Position numbers and translations under genes: made by a program
Shown here: positions 52,609 through 64,000 of the stretch, piece after piece
How the letters are laid out: each line of letters begins with the position of its first letter
How positions within the stretch are numbered: the first letter of the stretch is position 1
Notes under the pieces: model-generated
Database searches by the model: none
What the model was told of the DNA's origin: nothing
The model's input: only the letters and a program-made list of their open reading frames with translations
From: Paragordius varius
Lineage: Eukaryota > Animalia > Nematomorpha
Length of the DNA stretch: 64,000 nt
Assembly: GCA_964247055.1 (NCBI GenBank)
Contig: OZ176058.1
Coordinates: 372,001 to 436,000 of the forward strand
Direction of reading: 5' to 3'

Positions 52609-53653
52609 TATATAATAATATTTCGCTATAAAGTTATCACCTAAAAAAGATGGGGGTGTATATTCAATATTATTATATAAAGTTTTAAACTTCATTATTT
52701 TTTTTATTTTTTTACATTCAATTATTTAAAATAATGTGTGAAATTACCTTTAATTTAAAAATTATTTGAATTGTATTACATATTCCGAATCAAAATTCTT
52801 TTAAAGATGCGTATTTTATTTTATTTCATTTTTATTAATTGATATATATTTATATCTATTGTTTTTTTTGGGGGGTTCAAATTTTTTGATTATTCTTTTT
52901 TGTTGTGCCATTTAAATATTAGTTACTATATATTTTAGTGTTTATATTTATTTTTATAATATTTTTCTTATAAAATTTATTAATATGCCATCTCTTTTAC
53001 AAATAAAAAGACAATAAAAATGATAAATATATTATATAAAGTCAATCCTCATATTGTAAACATATACTAAGCAAAACATTTGAAATAATTAAATAATTTT
53101 TGAAGGCAAAAACATTACAAGAAAGTTGATTTTTTCATCTTAAAATAATATATTTTAATAATTAGTTGTTATCGTGTAAGTAATTTATTATTGTTTTTTA
53201 AAGTAATTTTTTGAAAGTTTAGAAAAAAAATTTAATGATGTTTTAAAATGGAAAATCTAGTTTACACAGTATATTAAATTATTTTTTGAAATTGTAATTA
53301 GGATTTTAAAATATATTAATTTATATATATTTGGATTGATATCAGCATATTATTATTTGAATAAATATATAATTATATAGTTAAAGGAAATAATCAAAAT
53401 GGTATAATTTATATTTAAATAATCTTTAGTTAACCAATAACATATAACAATCAAATATTTATTTAAAACGACACTATATCTGGTGGTTAAAAGTAAGGAT
53501 AGAAATAAAATTAATTCAACTAAAATTGGAATTTATTATCATTGCACATATTATATTAAATAATATTTAAATAATTCAAAAATTTAGAAACTATATGAAT
53601 TAATCCCTACAAAAGAAAAAATGTCATTTTAAATAAATTGTTGATAGCTAGAA

Positions 53654-54339
53654 CAGTAAAACATCAAATTATACGGAAAAAACGTAAAAATATAAAGAAA
53701 AATGTTTTTTTCTTAAAGACAAACATTCTATTTTATAATATTTCCCTTGTTAATAAAACTACTTAATAACAAGCCATTAAATATAATTTAATTTTAATAA
53801 ATATAGAACTTTATTAAAAGTATGGTTTTCCTTTATAAAAAAAATTTTATCTTTATATTTTTACGTTTTGTCCATCCGTATAATTTCAATTTTTACTGTA
53901 ATTTTTTTAACTCATTGCTTTAAACTCCGTATAAAAATTAGGTAGAATTAAATTATATTCTACAATTTTTATAATTTATGTTGTAATGAAAGGTCTAAAA
54001 ATAGTTTTGTCTTTATGATTTACGTATTAATTGTAAATTTCATTTTAAACGGCAATTTTTACAGTAAAAATTGAAATTATAAGGATAAAACGTAAAAATA
54101 TAAAGACAAATATTTTTTTCTATAAGAAAAATACTTTTAAATCTATCTTATATATGGTACTTACTTACAATTGTAAAAAATTGATTGTGTTAATATTTAA
54201 TAGCTCTATTTCACACTTTGCCATTTAAAACAATGAGTTATGTTGAAATAAATCAATATTAAAAAAGAATGGTTGTCTAAAAAAATATTTGTTTTATATT
54301 TTTACGTTTTGTCCTTCCGTATAATTTCAATTTTTACTG
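53654..54339. mobile_element. Two adjacent MITE family 1 copies (53654-53898, 54062-54339)
   Basis: Each has cagtaaaa...tttactg TIRs. Confidence 0.85.
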
Positions 54340-54501
54340 TAATTTTTTTAACTCATTGCTTTAAACTCCATATAAAAGATTTTTTATAAATAATTTATGT
54401 TGGAAAAATTAAGGTCTTTAAAATGTGTTTTTTTACATTTTAACTTTAAATTTCAGTTTTAAGGGCAATTTTTTGTTATATAATTAAATAAAGTGTAAAT
54501 A

Positions 54502-56554
54502 CAGTCATGTATCCTTTATTTTATGAAAAATTAATTTTTTTCGTGAAATGGGCGTATAAACATTTGGTAAAGAATGGAAAAAACAAGAGCTCTATGGTAT
54601 TAACAATATCATATTCTGCCAAAAAGTATAAGAATTATACAGTCATGTATCCTTTATTTTATATAAAATTAATTTTTTTCAGTTAAATGTGGGTATAAAT
54701 ATTTGGTAAAAGAAAAAACAAGAGCTCTATGGCGTTTCTTATACTTTTAAGATAAATATGATATTGTTAATACCATAGAGCTCTTATTTTTTCAATTCTT
54801 TATAAAATATTTTTACCCATTTAACGGAAAAAATAAATTTTTGATAAAATAAAGGATACATGACTGTATAATTCGTATACTTTTTTTGCAGAATATGATA
54901 TTGTTAATACCAGATAGATCTTGTTTTTTTCAGTTCTTTACTAAATATTTATATCCATATAAGTAAAAAAAATAAATTTTAATAAAATAAATGATACATG
55001 ACTGTATAATTCTTAATTTTTAGATAAATAAATATTGTTAATACCATAGAGCTCTTGTTCAAATCTTTACCAAATATTTATACGGCCTGTTTAAGTAAAA
55101 AAAATAAATTTTTTATAAAATAAAGGATACATGACTGTATAATTCTTAATTTTTGATGAATATGAGATTGTTAATACCATAGAGCTCTTATTTTTACCAT
55201 TCTTTACCAAATATTTATACCCATATGAGGAAAAAAATTAATTTTTGATAAAATAAAGGATACATGACTGTATTATTCTTATACTTTTTTGATGAATATG
55301 ATATTGTTAATACCATAGAGATCTTGTTTTTTCAATTCTTTACCAAATATTTATACGCATATAAGTAAAAAAAATTAATTTTTGATAAAATAAAGGATAT
55401 ATGACTGTATAATTCTTATATTTTTTTGGCAGAATATGATTTGTTAATACCATAGAGCTCTTATTTTTTCCATTCTTTACCAAATATTTATATCCCCTAT
55501 TTAAGTAAAAAAAAATAAATTTTTGATAAAATAAAGGATACATGACTGTATAATTCTTAATTTTTAGATAAATAAATATTGTTAATACCATAGAGCTCTT
55601 GTTCAAATCTTTACCAAATATTTATACGGCCTGTTTAAGTAAAAAAAATAAATTTTTTATAAAATAAAGGATACATGACTGTATAATTCTTAATTTTTGA
55701 TGAATATGAGATTGTTAATACCATAGAGCTCTTATTTTTACCATTCTTTACCAAATATTTATACCCATATGAGGAAAAAAATTAATTTTTGATAAAATAA
55801 AGGATACATGACTGTATTATTCTTATACTTTTTTGATGAATATGATATTGTTAATACCATAGAGATCTTGTTTTTTCAATTCTTTACCAAATATTTATAC
55901 GCATATAAGTAAAAAAAATTAATTTTTGATAAAATAAAGGATATATGACTGTATAATTCTTATATTTTTTTGGCAGAATATGATTTGTTAATACCATAGA
56001 GCTCTTATTTTTTCCGTTCTTTATCAAATATTTATACCCATTTAAGTAAAAAAATTAATTTTTGATAAAATAAAGGATACATGACTGTAAAATTCTTATA
56101 CTTTTTTGGTAGAATATGATATTGTTAATACCATAGAGCTCTTGTTGTTTTCAATTCTTTACCAGATATTTTTACCCCCATTTAACGAAACTAAATAAAT
56201 TTTTGATAAAATAAAGGATACATGACTGTATAATTCTTATACCATTGACAAATATGATATTGTTAATACCATAGAGCTCTTTTTTTTCCATTCTTTACCA
56301 AAAATTTATACGCCCATTTAAGTAAAAAAAATTAATTTTTGATACATGACTGTATAATTCTTATACTATTTTTGCAAATAAATATTTGGTAAAGAATAGA
56401 AAATAAGAGCTCTATGGAATTTGTATATTTTTTGACAGAATATAATATTGTTAATACCATAGAGCTCTTATTTTAACCATTCTTTACCAAATATTTATAC
56501 CCTCATTTAACGAAAAAAAAATTAATTTTTGATAAAATAAAGGGTACATGACTG
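54502..56554. mobile_element. MITE family 3, expanded form containing a ~136-bp satellite array
   Basis: TA-cagtcatgtatcc ... gggtacatgactg-TA; about 13 forward monomers (ataccatagagctctt...ggatacatgactgtataattctt) plus about 2 inverted monomers at the left end. Confidence 0.9.
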
Positions 56555-56925
56555 TAAAAGCCAAAAATTGTCGCCAATATCAAAATAGGCGCAGAAAATA
56601 GAAACAAATATTTAAAAAATAAAATTTGATATCTAATCGAATTCCCCATCGAAAAAAAATGCTATATTTTTTTTAAAATAATATATTTTATAACTCAGCT
56701 TGATAGCTATTTTGTTATAAAATATAAAATAAATAATTTAAATGACCTTTAATAATTTTAGAAGTTCGTATAATTATGCCATCTTTATAATGAATTTTAT
56801 GTATTTTTTAAGACTAAAAATAAAGCAATTTTTTTAAATATATTTTGATCCTTAGTTTTCCAATAATACTGATATTATCGAAATATAAAATATATATTTT
56901 AGTGTATTACCAATATATTTTTGTA

Positions 56926-59207
56926 CAGTAAAAGTTTAAATTATACGGACAAATCGTTAAAATATAAATACATAATTTCTTTTTACAAAGGACTACCGTA
57001 TTTAAACCTTAATTCATATTAAAAGCATTTAATGACAATCGTAATATATTTTATTGTTTGTATTACCAATAAATATTCAATACACTTTGCAGTTTAAAAA
57101 AATGAGTTATATAATTAAAATTATTAAGGTTTAAATAGTACGGTTGTCTTTTGAAAAAAAATTGTCTTTATATTTTTATGATTTGTCCGTATAATTTCAG
57201 TTTTTATTGTATCATTTCTTTATTTGCAACTCAAAAAATAGAATATATTTTAAAAACAAGGTTTTAAATTGATTGCCTTGAATACTTTAATTATTTAATC
57301 TATTAAAGGACATACAGTAAAAATTGAAATTATACGGGGATAAAATGTTAAAAAAGATATATAATTTTTCTAAAAGACAGCCCCATATTTTTTAGATGTA
57401 GAATTATATCAAATAACTCATTGTTTTAAATAGTAAAGAGTGAAATAGAGATATATATTGGTAAACTAATCAATTTTATATTTTACAATCGTAATTAAAT
57501 AGCAATTATTAGTAAAATTAAGGTTTTAAAAAGTATGGTTGGTTGTCTTGTCTTTAAGATAAGATATTTATCCTTATATTTTTACGTTTCCTCCGTAAAA
57601 TCATGCAATTTTACTGTAATAATAAAAATAATTTTTAATAATTTTGTATGAGCACATTGTTTAAGTCCAATGTAAAAAATTGACATTATTTAACAAAAAG
57701 CTTTTTTGACATATTTGGATATATTTGTTAGAAATTCTAAGCAATGAAATATAAAAAAATATTAAGTATAGTTTTTAATCAACAACATTACAGTTAATCA
57801 AAGAGATAATTTTTGAAGAAAAGCAGATATTATATTAAATGTTACATCTTAAGGATTAGTTGCAATAATATTGTCAGAAAAAATTTACGAAAACCAACCA
57901 TTTACGGATTATCCAGAGATTCTTAATAGAAGTGTTTGAATTACAGTAAAAATTGAAATTATACACGAATAAAATGTAAAAATATAAAGACAAATTTTAT
58001 TTTCAAAAGACACCATACTTTTTAACCTTAAAAGGAGTAAATATAACCAATTGTTTTAAATGGCTAAGTATAAACTAAAATATATATTGGTAACACAATC
58101 AAATAGATATTTTACGATTGTTATTAAATTATTTTAGTAGCATATTTAAGAAGTTTTCATTGTCTTTTAAAAAAAAATTTTCTCTATATATTTACGTTGT
58201 GTCCGTATAATTTTAATTTTTATTGTAAATCAATTTTACAATGTAAAATTTAAATTTTATACTTTAGAAAGAAAGAAAATAGGTAAAAAAAGTATGGTTG
58301 TCTTGTACAAAAACATATTTATTTTTCGATTGATATTTGTCTTTCGATTTTACTGTATCTACTTTTAGATCTTGTTTAAATTTATTGAGCGAAGGAGAAT
58401 AGAATTTAAATAAAAATAATAATATCCACTAAAAAAGGTTCATTAAAATCTAGTCTAAAAGCTTATATGGTATTGTTTGTATGGGTTGTACATTTTCAAA
58501 TTACATTGTATAATGTTAGATATTCAAGTTTATTTTCAGATTATTACCATATTTTATCAACCAGATTAAGTCAAAAAAACACTATAGATAAAGGGTTCAT
58601 ATAAGATTTATGACAAATACTGAGTACTAAATTGAATTACTAAAATCAAAATGTAACATAAAGACAGATATTTTTGTTAAAAGTATGTACTTGTTTAATT
58701 TAATATTTTAATTCTCATTCATTGCTTTAAACTCCGCGTATAAAAGATGAAAAAATTAGAAGAAATAAATTATAATTAACAATTCTTATATCAAATAGTT
58801 TATGTTGGTTGTAAAAATTAAGGTCCTATAAAAAATAGGTTTGTCTTTATGTTTTTACACGTTTTAATTATAAATTTCAATTATAAGGGCAATTTTCATG
58901 TTTGAAGATAAAATTAAAAAAGTGGAGATACAGTAAAAATTGATGTAATACGGACAAAACATATAAATATAATTACAAATATTTTTTTTAAAAGACCATA
59001 TTTTTTAAACTTTAATTTTTTTAAATATATCTCATTGTTATAAACAGCAAAGTATAATATAGAAATGAAAATTGGTAGCACAATTATATAGGTAAATTAC
59101 GATTATAATTAAATATATTATATAGCAAAAATTAAGGTTATAAAGATGTTGTATTATAAAAAAAATATTTTATTTACATTTTGCCCGTATAATTTCAATT
59201 TTTACTG
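56926..59207. mobile_element. Cluster of MITE family 1 copies (56926-57209, 57315-57616, 57944-58225, 58931-59207)
   Basis: Each bounded by TA-cagtaaaa / tttt(a)ctg-TA or tttt(a)ttg-TA. Confidence 0.82.
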
Positions 59208-61499
59208 TAATTTTGTCAACTCATTAATTGCTTTAAACTCAGTATAAAAGATTTTAATAATTTATGTTGAAAGAAATAAGGTTTAAAAATGTGTTTTTTT
59301 GGATTTGTAAATTTAAATTTCAATTTTAAGGGCATTTTTTATATTTAAGATATAATTAATTAAAGTGTAGATTATAGCCAAAAATTGTCGCCATTTAAAT
59401 CTTGGCGTAAAAGACAGAAACAAATATTAAAGAAATAAAATTTGATAACTAATTAAATTCTCAAATAAAGGCGATAATTATTTTTAAAATAAATCTTTTA
59501 TAACTCAGCTTGATAAAACTATTATATTAAAGATATGAAATAAATAATTTAATTTACATTAATATATTTATGTAAATATATATAATTATGCCATCTTTAT
59601 AATGATTTTAAAACATAATTTTAAGACAAAAGGTAAAGATTAAAAAAAATATATTTTGATCCTTAGTTTTTCCTATAAAACTGATATATATTATCAAATT
59701 ATGAAATGTATGATAATTCCAGTTTTTACTGTAAAATGTGTAGACATCATCTGAGAATTTTTATTACCATAAATGGTAATAAGCTCATTGAAGGCGTGAA
59801 ACGCAAAATATAAAGACAACCAAATTCTTTAAAAAACAAGCAGCTACTATATCAAACCTTAGTTATTCTTACATAAACTACTGATTAAACTTTAAAATGA
59901 TATAATTGAGTATTAAGAATTTACACATACGTAATAATCCCTATTTTGAAACTCAAAACAATAAGTAATATTAAAATAAACTGATTTCGAAAAAATATGG
60001 TTTTTTTTAAAAAAAATTGCCTTTATATTTTTACGTTTTGTCCGTAGTTTTCAATTTTTACTGTAATAGATTCATCTATAAATTAATATTGTCGTCAAAA
60101 TTACTATACTAAAATTGTAGCAAGAGTAATTAACGTAAACTACTTTAGGCATATTAAAATTCTTAATATATATTTTAAAAATTCTTAATATATCATCAAA
60201 ATTTCTAAAAAAGATTTTTTATAAAATCTAAAAGTTTATTTATACCATTCTAGCCTAAAAATAGGACAAAGTATGCTTTAACAAAAGTTTGCTACTAACA
60301 ATTAAATTTTTGTAAAAATTATGCATTTTTTTAAAAAAAAAATTTTGTAATTTGTTAACAATTAATTATTGTTAAAAAGTATGCCTTTTTAAAAAAAATT
60401 TTTGTACCTTTTGTCCATATTATAATTTCAACTTTTACTGTAAATTAAGTACCAATTATTTTTTATTTTATATACCTTAGGTAAATTAATAGAGGGGGGT
60501 GGGGAATTTTATTTTGAAACCATAGTTTTTGTAAAAATTGTGGATATTTTTAACAATGTTTTTCCTTTTTTGATATCGAAAAGTATTTAATATATATATT
60601 TTTTTATAATTTATTTATTAATATTTTAAATTTTTCAATTTGATTATTTAATTTTTTAAATTATTTTTATGTTTTTATAATATATATTTTTTTAAATTAT
60701 TTTGAGAATACATGGGAACTTCTAAAAAAAGCTTAAAAATTAACTTTGGTATAAACTAATTTATTTAACTAATCAAAATATTTTAAGGAGCGTAAAACTT
60801 ATATGTGGATATTACTAGTTTTTGAAAAATATTGTGCATATTTTTAACAAGGTTTTTCGATTTTTAATTTTAAAAAAAAAATGATGGTTTTTTAGAAAAC
60901 ACAATTTTGTCTTTAAATTTTTACGCTTTGTGTTTAGAATTTCAATTTTACTGCACAATTTTTATGTTTTGGGTTTTTTTCGATTAATTGAAATCAAATT
61001 CACCCTAAAATAAATTAAGCTTGTTTTTAAATATTAAAAATTACCTTTATTGTATTATATTTTTAAAATATAAAATTTACATTTAAAATTAATATATTGC
61101 TGAAAAATATCGTAAAAATATATTTCACATTAATGATGAGTTATATTAGATGCCAGAAAACACATAATTTATTTTTCGAGGGTAAACAAGAGTCAATTTG
61201 AATTGTAAATGGTATATCAAATAAATAAATCATAATACTATTTTTCAATAAATAGATGGCGTCAGAGATAACCATATATATAAACTGCAAAATATAAATT
61301 ATATATAATATATTTATTTAAAATTATTATACCTTAATATAGTATGTATAAATAAGTTTAGATTAGTAATTTTTAACAAAAAAACTTTATGTTGTTTTTC
61401 ATACATAATACTGTTGCTGGAACCTAACCGGTTTATAAATTCACAAATTTTTACATTTTAATATAAATACAGTAAAAACTGAAATTATACGGACAATTA

Positions 61500-62620
61500 T
61501 TAATAACATATTTTAACTGTAATTATTGATAAAAATTTTTTTAAAAAAATAGGTCCCTTTAGCATACTTCTTTATATTTCAATTCTATTAAAAACGATAG
61601 GTTTAAAATTCTTAAGAATTTAAAAATGGTTTTCGTTGAAATAAAAATTGTGTTTTAGTTTTGTTTTACATTTGTCTCTTTATTTCATTTAAATAAATTT
61701 TTAAAACTTTCAAAAAAAAATTCACTTTTGAAAATAACTCTTTTTCAAGAGATCAATTATGTAAATAATTAAATAATATTAATTGTAATTAAATAATTTT
61801 AAATGTAATTGTTAAAATAAATTTTTTTTAATTAAATTCCTTTGACATAAGTTAAAAAAAATTTAAGTTCCAAAAAAATTCACTCTATTGAAAAATTAAC
61901 CCTTTTTAAAAATTAATATTTATATAATTTAATAATGTTCAACTGTAATTATTGATAAAAAAAATTTTTTAGAAAAAATTGTTTTGTCTATTTTTACATT
62001 CGATAATTTTTTTGAAACTTCCAAAAAAATTCACTTTAATAATTTTTTTAGAATATCAATTATTTAATAATTTTAAATGTAATTATTAAAATTTTTTTTT
62101 AAATTTCCATTATAGATCCCATTGACATACTTCGTTTTATTTCAATTAAAAATGATAGTTTTAATATTCTCAAGGGTTTAAAAACTATTTTTTTATATGC
62201 AAAAAAGTCTGTGTTTTAGTTTATTTTTATATTTGTCTCTTTATATTTCATTTTAATAAATTTTTAAAACTTTCAAAAAAATTTACTCAAAAAAATATAT
62301 ATTTTTAGATTATTAATATTCATTAAATTAAATAATTTTAACTGTAATTATTAATATAAAATTTTTTTTAAATTTCCATCATAGGTCTTTGGCATACATC
62401 GTTATATATTCAATTAGCTTTAATATTTCAAGGGTTCAAAGTTGCAAAAAAATTGTGTTTTAGTTTCGCTTTACATTCGTCTTTTTATATTATTTTAATA
62501 AATTTTTTAAAAATTTACTGTATTTTTAAAATTACTTTTTTCAATATTAATATTCATATAATTAAGTTATTTTAAAGTAATTATCAAAAAATTTTTACTA
62601 TAATTATGAATTTTTTTTAA
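61500..62620 (+). repeat. Second copy of the exon-15 acceptor array
   Basis: atag|gtccc / atag|atccc copies with AG ending at 61552, 62115 and 62384; same spacer as 40380-42530. Confidence 0.88.
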
Positions 62621-62628
62621 AAAAATAG

Positions 62629-62778
62629 GTTCCTTTGGCATACCTCGTTTCAACTTATCTCAAAGGTGGTCAATGGGGTAATATCCTGGTATGGTTAAGT
62701 CTTATCCTAGGTCAACCAATTTGTATTTTCATGTATTTCCATGATTATTACATTCTCAACATGGTTAAAAATCATTGA
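62629..62778 (+). CDS. DGAT1: Duplicate DGAT1 terminal exon, intact (VPLAYLVS...[22 protein letters not shown]); alternative last exon or orphan fragment
   Basis: Near-identical to 42537-42680, with an AATAG acceptor, open frame and TGA at 62776-62778. I saw no exon 14 copy between 45.7 and 62.6 kb. Confidence 0.6.
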   Translation, partial: VPLAYLVSTYLKGGQWGNILVWLSLILGQPICIFMYFHDYYILNMVKNH

Positions 62779-64000
62779 AAAATCAGCTGATCTGCATATA
62801 CAAAATTTTGAATTCACCCGAACAAGGATTTCAAACCAAGAAATTTATCTGATGTGGATTTTATCAAATTCTTATAAATACATTTGATTGCAATAACAAA
62901 ATGAAAAAATCAGCTGATCTGGATAAAATTCCAAAATCTTTTTACACATTCTCATGTATTTCCATGATTATTACATTCTCAACATGTACAACAATGTTAA
63001 ATAATTGAAAATCAGTTGATCTGGATACAAATATAATGTTAAAAACAACTAACAAATGCTAAAAACAGCTAAGAAATTCATCTAATGTGGGCATATGTAT
63101 TAATTTTCTATCATATAATTTAATACATCTTTAAAAATTTTTCTCGAGTTATTGCTCTTAAAAACAATGGAAAAACGAAAACAGCTGATCTGGAAAGAAT
63201 TCCAAAACCAATTTGTATTCTCATGTATTTCCATGATTATTACATTCTCAACATGGTTAAAAATTGATTGAAAAAACAGCTGATCTGCATATACAAAAAT
63301 AATGTTAAATTCACCCAAACAATAAGACCTTTAAGGATTCATTTTCGAGTTATTGCTCTTAAAAACAATGTAAAAAAATAAAATTAGCTTATCTAGATAT
63401 AAATCTCCAATAAATTCGCATATTCTTATGTATTTCGATGATTATTAATTCTTAACATGTACAACAATGTTAAAAATGAAGTTGAAAAAATCAGCTGATC
63501 TGGACATACAAAAATATTAAATTTACCCACTAACAATGATTGTTAAAAACAGCTAAGAAATATATTAAATGTAGATATATATCTAAATTAATGACCATAT
63601 AATTTTATATAAAACATTTTGGAGTTATTTCGATTGATAAAATAATCAGCTGATCTGGATGAAATTCCAAAATAACTGACATATTTCCATGATTATTACA
63701 TTCTCAACATGGTTAAAAAATTGAAAAATCAGCTGATCTGCACGTACAAAATTTTTAATTTTTTCAAACAAGGATTTCAAACAGCTAAATGGATATATTT
63801 TATAGCATCCTTAAAAAAACTTTCTCGAGTTATTGCTCTTAAAAACAATCAAAAATTAGCTGATCTGGATTAAATTACAAAATATACTTACAATTTTCAT
63901 GAATATTACATTCAACAATCGAAAAAAGAAAAACAGCTGATCTAGATATAAATCTACAATAAATTCGCATATTTTCATGTATTTCCATGATTATTACATT
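62779..64000 (+). repeat. Second copy of the exon-15 3'-end array (runs off the right edge)
   Basis: catgtatttccatgattattacattctc copies at about 62955, 63220, 63430, 63685, 63895 and 63978. Confidence 0.92.

Noticed and set aside
52394-52644. ORFs with heptad repeats (RVNLNCL / FKGEFEL), also 9134..9454, 9682..9918, 14935..15144 and 51641..51892
   Set aside because: They are translations of the 21-bp subterminal repeats of MITE family 2, which stay open because 21 is divisible by 3.
58380-58700. Unique segment with a TTTTCAG acceptor-like site (similar unique patches at about 48060-48200 and 60100-60900)
   Set aside because: All frames close quickly and no protein similarity is recognisable.

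Overview
Extremely AT-rich eukaryotic (probably animal) genomic DNA, about 85-90% AT by eye; I cannot identify the organism. The window holds a complete 15-exon diacylglycerol O-acyltransferase 1 gene (DGAT1, MBOAT family) on the + strand at 18045-42680. I joined the exons by hand across GT-AG introns into a 2172-nt ORF (723 aa), which has an unusually long, internally repeated insertion of about 280 aa. A second, apparently intact DGAT1 copy lies head-to-head on the - strand (exons 1-6, 8880 to <1). An intact duplicate of the last exon lies 20 kb downstream (62629-62778). The spacer regions (9-18 kb, 46-61.5 kb) are mosaics of three families of TA-target, non-autonomous inverted-repeat elements (MITE/foldback), and one family has expanded into a ~136-bp satellite. 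The most unusual feature is in the introns. Many exons are flanked by polarised tandem arrays of their own termini: acceptor plus 5' half-exon copies upstream, and 3' half-exon plus donor (or stop) copies downstream. These half-exons differ from the real exon largely at synonymous positions and share variants with the functional exons, which suggests ongoing exchange between the intronic arrays and the coding sequence.
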